Assembly (NCBI RefSeq): GCF_035594765.1
Contig: NC_085842.1
Coordinates: forward strand, 132,693,036 to 132,757,035
DNA from: Anolis carolinensis
Lineage: Eukaryota
DNA: 64,000 nucleotides
Direction of reading: 5' to 3'
Part shown: one piece after another, positions 50,786 to 60,998 of the stretch
Numbering within the stretch: the first letter of the stretch is position 1
Layout of the letters: the number at the start of each line of letters is the position of its first letter
Notes under the pieces: model-generated
What the model was told of the DNA's origin: nothing
What the model saw: only the letters and a program-made list of their open reading frames with translations
Databases searched by the model: none
Translations under genes and position numbers: made by a program

Positions 50786-52675
50786 TGTAAAGAAGTGTGT
50801 GATTTTATTTTGTTTATGGATAACATGTGTGAAGAAGTGTATAATTGTATTTTGTTTATAGATGATATGTGTATTTGATTTTGTTTATACAGCCAGGTTT
50901 GGCTAAGTTAAAGTGGTGAGTATTTGAATTGACATTATGTATGGGGGAAGGTAGCCATCTTAGAGTGCTAGAGCAGGTTACCATAGCAACAGGGGCGGAG
51001 CCAACCGCCGCCTGGAAAGGAAAAGGGAGAATATTTTAAAACCCAAGGACAGTCTGTGATTTTCTAGTCACAGGGAAGGATCTGATTCTTGTGTGGAGAA
51101 TCAGGCTGGCTTAAATAGGAAGATTTGAGTCAGATTTAGGTTGGACCAGACTAGGCAAGTTAGGTGATTTGTCTAGGGTCTTTTATAGAGCCTGTGGATT
51201 AGGGAGAATTAATCCCAGGGGATCCAGTAGGATCAGGGTTTAGTGTAACTTAAAGAAAGAAGTATTTTTGAAAGTTTAACCACCTTATAACCGTTTGTAA
51301 CCATTAAGCGAAGTGCCTTTACTAAGTTATCTGAAACCATCAAGCTCTGTACCTGCAATAAACTTGTTTTGATTTTATTCAAATCAAGCCTCTGTCATAC
51401 TCTTATATTAAGTTAAGTAACATCAACACCTGAAGTGGAACAAATAGAGAAAGCTTATAAGAACCAGTACCATCTGCCTGACGTCTCCATTGGTGGCAGC
51501 GAAGAAGATAATCAAACAAATCATTAATTAACATCATCTCTCACAAAACATCTTTATTAAGTGGTGGTATCTGTGTGTGTGTGTGTGGGATTAAAAAGGG
51601 TTCCATCTCTGACACACATTCCTGTCAGACACCTCACCTCTGTACATATTGGTGGCTAAGCTGAGGGGATTCTAAAAGGGATTCCATTCCTCTGTCACCC
51701 TCAGTTCTCTACATAAATTGGTGGCAGCGAGGGGATTTCAAAGAGGGATTCCATTCCCTGTCACCTCAGCTCCTTACATTAATTGGTGGCAGCGGTGGGA
51801 TTTCAAAGAGGGATTCCATTCCCTGTCACCTCAGCTCCTTACAACATGTTTATTTGATTTTTGTTTAAACAGTCAGGTTTAGTTAAGTTTAAAATGGTAA
51901 GTATTGGAGCTGATAATGCCAGAGGGTGACCAGCTCAGCATTATGAGACAGGTTGCCATGACAACGGGGGCGGAGCCAACCGCCGTTTGGAAAGGAAACC
52001 AGGGAAGTTTAAATCTCAGTCTGTGATTTTTAGTCACAGGGAACAGACTGGTTCCAAGTATAAGGAAACCAGGGAGGCAGACCTCTCATAGGCCAGACTA
52101 AGCAAGTTGGGTGACTTGTTTAGGGTCATTTGTAGAGGCTGTGGATTAAGGGAAATTAATCCCAGTGGATCTAAGAGATCAGTTCTAGTTTAGTTTGGAG
52201 AGAAGGAAATATTTTGAAAGTTAGAACACCTCATATCTATTTGTAACCGTTAATCTAAGTCCCTTTAAGAAGTTATAGAAACCACTAAGCTCTGTATACG
52301 AAATAAACTTGTTTTGATTTTTAATCCATCTAAGTCTCTGTCACACTCCTATTCTAAGTTAAGCAACATCACCATCTGAAGTAAATAAAGAAGGCTTAAA
52401 AAGAATAAGTATCCTCTGCCTGACACCTCCTCTATTGGTGGCAGCGAAGATAATTAAATACATAATAATATAATTAAAATCATCATCATCCAGACACCTT
52501 TATAATTGGTGGTAACTGTGTGGTGGGATAAAAAGATTCCATCCCTGCCTCAGTCCATTACAAATTGGTGGCAGCGGTGGGATCAAAAGGGATTCCTCCC
52601 TGTCACAGTTCATTACAAATTGGTGGCAGCGGTGGGATCAAAAAGATTCCTTCCCTGTCACCTCACACCTTTACA
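50786..52675 (+). mobile_element. Solo LTR A (Gypsy-like), split by nested LTR B
   Basis: TGTAAAG...CTTTACA termini; 5-bp TSD GAGTG (50781-85, 52676-80); AATAAA at ~52303. Confidence 0.88.
50828..51843 (+). mobile_element. Solo LTR B, related family, nested in LTR A
   Basis: TGTGAAG...CCTTACA termini; 5-bp TSD ACATG (50823-27, 51844-48); colinear similarity to LTR A; AATAAA at ~51357. Confidence 0.88.
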
Positions 52676-52870
52676 GAGTGACATATTTTAATATGGAGTG
52701 TTAATGGAAGAGCTTAATGTTTCCACCAGGATGCTTGGGAAAGAAAGCATGGGCATTTTGGAATGCTTCCCAGGTGGCACAACAAGAAGCCGAGGCAGAG
52801 GTCTCCACATTCTCTGACTCAAGGCAAGTAAATCACCAGCAGAACTTCAGCCCCACCGTGTAGACACTGA

Positions 52871-53020
52871 GGGTCCTTCCACACAGTCATATAATCCAGA
52901 ATATCAAGGTAGAAAATCTCACAATATCTGCTTTGAACTGGGTTATCTGAGTCCACATTGCCATATATCCCAGTTCAAAGCAGAAAATGTGGGATTTTAT
53001 TCAGCTGTGTGGAAGGGGCC
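52871..53020. mobile_element. PIF/Harbinger-like palindromic MITE
   Basis: GGGTCCTTCCACACAG...CTGTGTGGAAGGGGCC with TSD TGA. Confidence 0.8.
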
Positions 53021-54711
53021 TGACAGCTGTGAGGTAATTTGCCAGGGACAAAAATCTGGGAGAAGGCCAGCACTGCTTCAATATGTGTGTAGAAACATAG
53101 TTTTAACATGATCCCCACTCTGCACATGCTCACCTCCCACATGCACCTTTATCTCCTTATCTCTCTTATTTTTTCCCCTATCTTGATTTTTCAGTGACTT
53201 AAGCATAGTTCAGCCTGACTAGCAAGAGGCAGGTATGGAGCGGAGCAACTGTCAGAGTTAAGTAGCCTGGCAAATTGTCCTCTTTGTCTGATTGTCTTAA
53301 TCTCTATTCATACAGGCTTGATTTGTGTTTGCTGAAGAGCACAGCAGACTTGGGAAGGAGTAAGTAAAGGAGGAGGGTTTGTCACAGCTTCTGTTGTCAG
53401 AAGCTTGACACTAGTTTATTATATATGCAAAGCCAGACAGAGTCAGGTGAGCACCTGTCGGGCTGCTGCAGAGAGCCAAGAGGAACCGCAGCTGCTCCCT
53501 CCAGTGAATGGCTGCACATCTCGGGGATAGGGAAGCACCTGCACCCTTGGCCCTTTTTATGCATGCCCACGCTGGCAACTCAACCTGCATCCATCCAGTA
53601 CAAATCTATCCTTAATTGTAACATGCATTTACACCCTTCCACATAGATTCCACACAAGTATTTGCACTTAATGGCTTGTGTCACATACTAGCTAATTCTG
53701 TCTGATGGTTTATGAGTCTCAAAGTTGCTGCACCTGCAATTATAGCCTCAAGCAGAACTTACAAGGAGATATATTGCTTGTTTGCTGACTGTTTTATGGG
53801 TCTGAATGTACTGGCCTACTTTACAGGGCTCTTAAAAAGGGACATCAAGTTAATACACTTGTAGCACTTTGGATACTTAGAGGAGTTTTTCCACAGAAGG
53901 CAGGGAAATCACGATTACAGCAAGACAACGGTGTCTTAGTGGGCTTATCCTAGGATGGTGCGTCTTTCCTACTGTTCTGCCAGGGAGAGATCATTGGAAG
54001 GTGTTTCTTTTACAAAAGGAGTTAAATAAATGCTTTTCAGGTTGTTTCCTATGAGGAGAGCAGCAGGAAAGGAACAATGTCATGTGGTAAGTCCAAGGCA
54101 AAGACATTATTATCTTGCTGTAATTTTGATTTGCTTGCCTTGCATGATAAACTCCTCAGGCAGAAATACTATCTATTTCAAATTGGTTGTGTATTTATTA
54201 ATTTTAATAAGAGTATTTTTATTAGTAAGCGTAAATATGTGATTTTTACAGGCTCCCCAGTAACTCACAGGGGTAAGAAAATGAGGAAATACAAGTTCCT
54301 CAAATCAACATTAAAGTCACACACTTCCCTGCTCACTGACACAGCAATGCCACATCAGTCCAGCAGTGGGAGCCTGCTATTATCAGTAGAATAAAATCTG
54401 CTTCTTGTGCTTCAGGAAACACTCTGGGATCTTGAACCATTTCACAAAAAACTCACAGATCACTATCTCTCCGTTTCATATCCAGAACTACACAACTACA
54501 CAATTCCAACATAACATGAACTCTGAATTGTAAACACAAATTCTTTCTCAGAATGTGGAGATGAGATAAAAAAATGAGATAAAAAAAAGCCAAAGGAAAA
54601 AGAGAAAATGGGTCTTAGGAGGAAAACAGCAAGTTATACAGAGAACTGAAGTCCTGCTATTAGACATCTTGTCTGGTTGATTTCCGATTTCAGTATCCAC
54701 AAAATATTAAA

Positions 54712-54845
54712 TAGTGTTTCCCAAATTTTGTTTTTCCAGGTGTTTTGACTTCTGTTCCAGAATTCCTGATCAATGGCCAAGGCAGCTGAGGCTTCTGGGA
54801 GTTGGAGTCCAAAATACCTGGAGAACTGGAGTTTGGGAATCACTA
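54712..54845. mobile_element. hAT/Charlie-like MITE with TTCTGGGAGTTG core
   Basis: TAGTGTTTCCCAAA...TTTGGGAATCACTA inverted ends; TSD not clearly preserved. Confidence 0.55.
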
Positions 54846-55238
54846 CTTTAAAGCAAGGTCAGAGAAGTTTTTGGGCCATAGCTCTCACAATACTTTACTT
54901 CTGGTTGTGTTAGGTGAGATTGATAAGAGTTGTTGAGCAAAACTGTTCTTGGGCCAAATTAAAGGTTTTCTCCTCTTGAGAGATCTCCAGCACTCCCCAC
55001 TCTCCCCGCAAAGGACTATGGAAACACAACCAAACCTCCCAGGCTGGATGCTCTGTCCATTTAGGATAGACAGGTCTTCAGGCAGAGCAGAGTCTTCCCC
55101 ACCATCTATAGAAGATGCTATATAGACTGAACTTGGGACCTTCTGAAAGCTCAGCAGGTGCTTTACAAGAGAGCTGTGCTCCTTTTCTTCCCTCAAGACA
55201 TAGCCAGTTTCTCTTCCCCTTTTCTAGGCTGGGCTCAC

Positions 55239-55407
55239 CTCTTGTCTACTGAGTTCTCTTTTCCCTGGTAGCAGCTTCTCAGCAGTTTTCCATTGCTGGC
55301 ATTAAACATGTAGTTCCGCAAGAAGTCAGCTGTGTTCACAGCCCGGTCAACATACTCCTTCTTACCCAAGATGGCTCCACTCTGAGCAAAGCCAGAGATC
55401 ATCAACC
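55239..55407 (-). CDS. SPATA20: SPATA20 coding exon: (G)LMISGFAQSGAILGKKEYVDRAVNTADFLRNYMFNASNGKLLRSCYQGKENSVDK
   Basis: 169 nt, tag acceptor and gtgagc donor, phase 1/2; translated by hand, in frame with both neighbours. Confidence 0.93.
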
Positions 55408-56320
55408 CTAGGAGACAAGGAGAAAGCTAGAGTCCCCAACAGGGCTCAACTGGAGTTTACAGCTGCAAAATATTCTGTGAGAAGCTCCTAGTAATCAGCA
55501 AAACACAGGGCAGGGGCCACTTAGAGATCCTAACTATCTCATTGACCCAAGTTCCTTTCCTGTTGAGATAGCTGCTCACAGAGGAACTTTCCAAATTTAC
55601 TCATGGTTCAGTTGAATACAGGAGACAGGCTATGATTGTGAAGCAGTAGCATTTATCATATCTAGGTAAGGATAACTTACTGGTGTGTACAATTCAAACA
55701 TTTTACCTTTCACCAAAGATAAACAATCAACAATCAAAAGTCTTCATGATTTGCAATGCTATTTACTCCCACTGTGTTTTGAGAAGAAAGAATATCCATG
55801 AATTCTGGAACCCCATGCTGCAGGCAGTCTCAAAACCAGCATCCATGTCTACCACTTTTTCCATTATTAGGCATCTCCATTTCAGCATGAACAAGAATGT
55901 GCCCCCTGCCCCTTTATATATTGTGAAAATATGCGCAAGGGCTACATGGGTGAACAAAGAGACTTTCTAAAACTCCTGTGAAGAAAACAGGAGAAAGCTG
56001 CTGCTGCTCCCTGCTGGCGAGATGAAAGAAAGCATTTTGCTCTCATGCTGCCATCAGGGGAAAGAAAAATATACCAGGGACAGAGAAACAAGGAAAAATA
56101 ATTTTTCACCACATCAGACACTTTACCTCCAATATCAGAGAGGTAGATCTAATGGGATGTTATTAAGCTTACATAGAGTATATACCGTAACTTGGCAGAT
56201 CGCTGTATTACGGCAAAATGAACAGCCAAGACATTTTGCCATTTCCCCGTGCCCTCCCGATGTGCACAAACATTTGTGTCCCTGAGCTCAGTGCTGGAGA
56301 ACCCACAAGGGGAGGCTCAC

Positions 56321-56513
56321 CATTCCAGGAGGCCAGCATCTTGGTGTCCAGATGGGGCCGGGGCCGCTGGGCCCGTGCCTTATACAGCTGATCTCTGCTT
56401 TTGACAAGCATTGTCTTCAGCTGCTCCAGCCCCAGTCCAAAACGGGCAGCTGTAAGTTCCAGGGAATACTGCACAATCAGGACATTTTTGCCTTTCAGCT
56501 CATTGTGAGGGTC
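56321..56513 (-). CDS. SPATA20: SPATA20 coding exon: DPHNELKGKNVL...RPRPHLDTKMLASWN(G)
   Basis: 193 nt, cag acceptor and gtgagc donor, phase 0/1; RP.PHLD.KML..WNG motif. Confidence 0.95.
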
Positions 56514-57529
56514 CTGAAACCAAAAGCCAACAAAAAGAATAAGCACTTTCTAAGTCAGACTCATGCTGTCATCCTTCTAAGGCCTCAAATACACACACAC
56601 CCCATTACTGGGATTATTTTTAATTTCCTGATATTCAACCCAATACTAAGACAATCTCTATAATGGGGTGCTGTTCTGCTTCCCTGTTATACATATTTTA
56701 GAAGAAAGGAGGCCACTACACACAAAGACAGAGGGAATACAGGGAGAAATTAAGTGGCTTTAGTGCTGAAGGTGGGGATTAAAAGATTGATTCTATACCA
56801 GAGGTTGTTTCTGCACTAGACATTGATGTCACTCATGCTGCACAATATTGCCATGGTTGCATTGCAAGAAAATGATTCCTCGGGGCCCATAAAAAGTGAC
56901 TCTCTCTCTCTCTTCTGAAGACCAAATTATCTGAGAAGCTGTTTACAATTGCTTTGGGGGATACCCAGTAACTGATCTACTTCTGAAGTCAAGTCTCTGC
57001 TGATGAGCAGTCAGCATTGTTTGGAACAAGCCATCCCTCCCACCAACCAGAGATCAGCTCTGGCTAACACAAAGATCACTGCACCGGCCTGTCATGGTGG
57101 TGTACTCAAAGTCTTTCTTTCAAACGTCCTTCCCAGACTGGTGCACAACAAATGCACTCTTCTCAATGATTCATTGTGCAGGTTCAAGGCATATTCTCAG
57201 AAATAAATGCTCCTAACTGGTGGACATCATATCCTCCCATCAATCAAGCAAAAAAAAAAAATATTGCTGAAAAAATATGGTTCCTGCTCAGCTGACTAGT
57301 CGATGGTCAATACACCCTACACTTTCCACACCTGCCCTTTGGCCTTAAACATTTGCAACTTTCATTCTCATACAAGAACACTCAACTGCTCGTATAGAAG
57401 AAGTGGCCATCCAAAAACATTAGCAGAATGAGAATATGCTTCTGTGACATAGCTATCACCTGCAATCGGATGTCATTAGCACTTGCAGTATTTGCAAGAA
57501 GTACATACAATATTTTAAAGCCTCAATAC

Positions 57530-57740
57530 TTTGTAGGAACCAGAATTTGCATGCTAAGCTAAGCACAGTCAGGCCTGGTTAATACTTGGGTGGGAGATCA
57601 CCAAGGAATACACACTGCCAGAGGTTATATTTCAGAGATAGATAACAACAAATCACCTGTGAGTATTCCATGCCAGAAAAAGCTCTATGTAATTTATGGA
57701 GTGTCGTAAGTCAACAACTCAAGCATCCACACACATACAC
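57530..57740 (+). mobile_element. 5S rRNA-derived SINE (5S-Sauria-like)
   Basis: AAGCTAAGCA..GTCAGGCCTGGTTAATACTTGGGTGGGAGATCACC is a degenerate 5S internal control region, followed by a SINE body and a (CA)-rich tail. Confidence 0.7.
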
Positions 57741-58481
57741 ACCCACCTACATATGGAAACAGACGGGTCACATAGTTGGCATACAAGCCATATATCTCAC
57801 CATATGGGACAGAAAAAGATGTGGACAAAATAGTAGAATCAGGAGAAATGTTAAGGGCAAGACAATGAAAATGGGATAAGAGCAAGCAAAAGAATCAAAA
57901 TGTAGATTCTAGATATAACCAATGAGCTCCAGCCAGGACCTGTTGAGAAGCCTCTTCCTGCTTTCTTTTCTATCTGCTGTTGGGAGTTTGGGGCCAAAGA
58001 AGCTCTAGGCATACCCACATAGTACAGGATGAATTGAATGCAAGTACTGATAAATATATGTAATTATCTGTTATAATTACAAATGATTCTTTGTTTGAAA
58101 TGATGCTATTTTACCGTATTTCCAGTGTATGATATACCGTATTTTTCGCTTTATAAGACACACTTTCCCCCCCCCCCAAAATAGAGGGGAAAAGTCAGTG
58201 CGTCTTATAAACGCAATATGACCTCACGATGACGTCATGCAGTCGCCCAGGCAGACACGCCTCCAGGCGTTCCCACGAGCCCTGCGCTCAAGCCAGCTTT
58301 AAGGCCTGCCTCCCATTACATTTTCCCTCCGGAAATGTGAGGGGAAGCCTTGAAAAGCCCACTTCCACGCAGCCGGCGCTCCTCATACCCCCTCATGGAG
58401 ACATATTTGCATGTGAATGTCTGAATAAATGCCCGAAAGGTGTTCTTTCGAGGGCTGTCCCGTTCTCCCCCGGGTCCTCAC

Positions 58482-58569
58482 CATCCTGAGGGTCGTCTTC
58501 GGGGTCCTGCGAGGCGCCGGGAAGCGGGTTCAGGAGCCGCTCCAGCTCCTCCGCCAAGGGCGCCGCCAT
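58482..58569 (-). pseudogene. AATF: Captured copy of AATF first coding exon: MAAPLAEELERLLNPLPGASQDPEDDPQD + phase-1 GTGAGG donor
   Basis: Peptide resembles the AATF/Che-1 N-terminus (human [31 protein letters not shown], recalled) and ends at a phase-1 donor after the DPExDP motif; no further AATF exons seen in the window. Confidence 0.8.
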
Positions 58570-58765
58570 CTTCCCTGGCCTGGCTTCTCTTCCACCTCGA
58601 CGGCTGCGAGACTTCATTTCCCAGAAGCCCTCATCATTGCAGAGCGCAGCCGAGGCTTCTGGGAGTTGAAGTTCGCGTGCTCTGAGGTGAGCCAATGAGG
58701 AGAGAGAGCCGTTGTGAAACTGGGGAGGGGGGGAGAAGGGTAAGGCACAGTATAGGGGCAATCCT
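58560..58765 (-). promoter_or_regulatory. CpG-rich housekeeping-type promoter fragment upstream of the captured AATF exon
   Basis: YY1 motif AAGATGGCGGC over the ATG; two inverted ZNF143/SBS-like motifs (ACTTCATTTCCCAGAAGCC ~58611, TTCTGGGAGTTGAAGTTC ~58657); CCAAT at ~58692; CpG density far above the flanks. Confidence 0.65.
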
Positions 58766-59746
58766 AATGCTGCTGTTGACTGTTTGGTAATGTCTACATA
58801 CTACATGTTATTTTATTAAAATGTTCTAGGTCATCTTTTAGTTCAAATTATTTTTCCCCATTTTCCTCCTCTGAAAACTAGGTGCGTCTTATCATCTGGT
58901 GCGTCTTATAAAGCAAAAAATACGGTAACTGGAAACACCACAAAATGTTTTTAAATGGGTAAGATGTGTGAGAGGCAGAGAGGAAGAATTACTTGAAATG
59001 GGCAAGTAATGTTGCATTTTCCTTGGTGATTTTCAAGCTTCTGAGTCATGCCATATCTTCTGATTGTTGTTATCAGTGAGCAGAATGTGGCTAAGTAGAA
59101 AGCTGGAAAGAGACTTTGAATTCTAGGGATCAAACTAGACAATACATTTAACTTTTTTTGAATAAATTCTCACTGAAATGGTGAAAGTCATTTTTTTATC
59201 ACAGCATGTACTTTCCTCACCTATAGCTATTGTTTTTAGTGTGTTTTGGTTAGTGATTAGTTGTAGAAAGTAAATATGGAATGTATACATCTAATTGATG
59301 AGACAATATTCCTGAGGAAATCCCATTGTGGGATGTATACAACTCCATGTGTCTGTGTAGTAAGGGATGAGTAGAACTCTGTTTCTCTGGGAGAGAGTGT
59401 GGCTTGCCATGTGCTTCCCTAAAATCACATGTTCCTCAGCAACATGTAGCATTTATTCCCTTTGATGTTGGTGGCCAGGTGGTTTTTTTTAACTGACACA
59501 GAGTTCAAGAGGATCAAACTGTTCCACACCCCTCTGCCATCTAATTCAGAAGTCTCAATAGCACTTTCTCTGATTGGTCATCTTCCTCAACAACTGCTCA
59601 GCTTGCAAGCAGGTAGATTGCTTTTTCTCCCATAAGAACTGTTCTGACATGGATTAGGACAACCCAATTCCAAATCCCAAATTAGGAATTATTAGGCCCA
59701 TGTCCCACCCAGGCCACCCCTGGCTGCATCTTCCTGCCAACAGCAC

Positions 59747-59959
59747 CTTCATTGGGTTCACATTGCCATCTTCTTTAACCCCATAGTGGTGCATAAAGAC
59801 ATCTGCCACGCTCTTTCTCTCAGGGCTCCCTTCAATGAGGTCTGGCAGGAGGTGCCTGATTTCCTCGGCTGTCCACACACAGAATGCCCCTTCTTGCTTC
59901 TTCTCTGATTTGGCAGTGGGGTAGGAATCTGCATCTTCTGCACTGTAGAATCCCCCAGA
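59747..59959 (-). CDS. SPATA20: SPATA20 coding exon: SGGFYSAEDADS...EGAFCVWTAEEI...HYGVKEDGNVNPMK
   Basis: 213 nt, tag acceptor and gtgctg donor; conserved GGFYSAEDADS motif. Confidence 0.95.
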
Positions 59960-60923
59960 CTAGAAACAAAATCAGCACCATTAATGTACACCTTATCTGA
60001 AGTACATGCACCAGTCCATTCCTCCAACACAGAGACATCATTGACAAGGCAGCCAGGAAAATCTTGCTCCAAAACATTTAGGAAGTCTGGACATATGCAT
60101 GGTCATTCATGGTCATGGGATGTGGCTTGGCAATTTACATCCCAAAGTGTTTGCTTTGATTGAATGAGTTTGTCCCAGAGAACCAATGCTTAAGCTTCAG
60201 GAGCAATGCTTAAGCTTCAAGAGCCTTAGAGGTATCCAAGGAAAATTTGGAAATGTTGGCTCAGAACCATGATTATTAGAACATGCTGCAATCAAAGGAG
60301 CAATGAGGGAAACCTCCAGTAAAAGAAAGGAGTTCTGCATTTCATATGATTCAAATAAGCCTCCACACCACCTGAAAGAATCACAACCCATTTTGGAGGC
60401 AGTTAGCTTCTAATCCATTATTAATTTTTATGGCACATGTTAATGACATTCTGAAAGACGCTGAGAGATGATCTGATGTGGTAACTCAAATACAGTGGCA
60501 AATCGACATAATACTATGTATACTCAAGCACAGGTCTAGAAATTTTAGACAAAAATAAACTACAAAATCCTCCATCAATTTATTCATGGGTTAATTTAAA
60601 CACTTTATGTTTAATTGTTACAAAAATAGAAACCACCCCTTTCTCTAAGTAGAATGAAGAACTCTAAAACATCAGTGTATTTCACAGCTAACCCAAGTTG
60701 CTTTCTCTAGAACTGGCCTAAACAACTTGCAGCCTATATCAAGTAAAACATGCCTGAGAAGAATAAGCTCTGTATTTCTTTTAGGGAAGGATGCACTAGG
60801 ACTATATTATTTCCAGCCCATGATGCTGGAACCTAGGGCCAGAATTAAAAACTGAGATGGATGCTGGTGGCCACCAAACAGCTTCTAAAGGTCATAAGAG
60901 AAAACCCTGAGATGGTAGCTCAC

Positions 60924-60998
60924 CTTGTCACTCAGGTCCCGGGAAGCATACAGCAAAATATCAGCCACAATGTCTGCAAAGAATTCATCGCCAGAAAT
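60924..60998 (-). CDS. SPATA20: SPATA20 coding exon: ISGDEFFADIVADILLYASRDLSDK
   Basis: 75 nt, cag acceptor and gtgag donor, phase 0/0; resembles human LSGDEFYSDVAKGILQYVARSLSHR (recalled). Confidence 0.92.

Larger units (their letters stand above)
58137..58925. mobile_element. Non-autonomous Tc1/mariner (Tc2/Kanga-like, CCGTA termini) DNA transposon carrying captured host sequence
   Basis: 27-bp TIRs CCGTATTTTTCGCTTTATAAGACACAC / CCGTATTTTTTGCTTTATAAGACGCAC (2 mismatches, both CpG transitions); TA on both sides (58135-36, 58926-27); subterminal GTGCGTCTTAT repeats at 58198, 58882 and 58899. Confidence 0.9.

Noticed and set aside
51480-52675. Repeat-spacer pattern superficially like a CRISPR array
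   Set aside because: Vertebrate intron, spacers are homologous to one another, repeats match a tRNA 3' end, and no cas genes are present.
57550-57615. 5S rRNA gene
   Set aside because: Partial and degenerate, and continuous with a SINE body.
58393-58761. 122-aa ORF as an intact gene or as the real AATF locus
   Set aside because: Only 29 codons resemble AATF; the rest is promoter and intron read-through, it is enclosed by TIRs, and no downstream AATF exons are visible.
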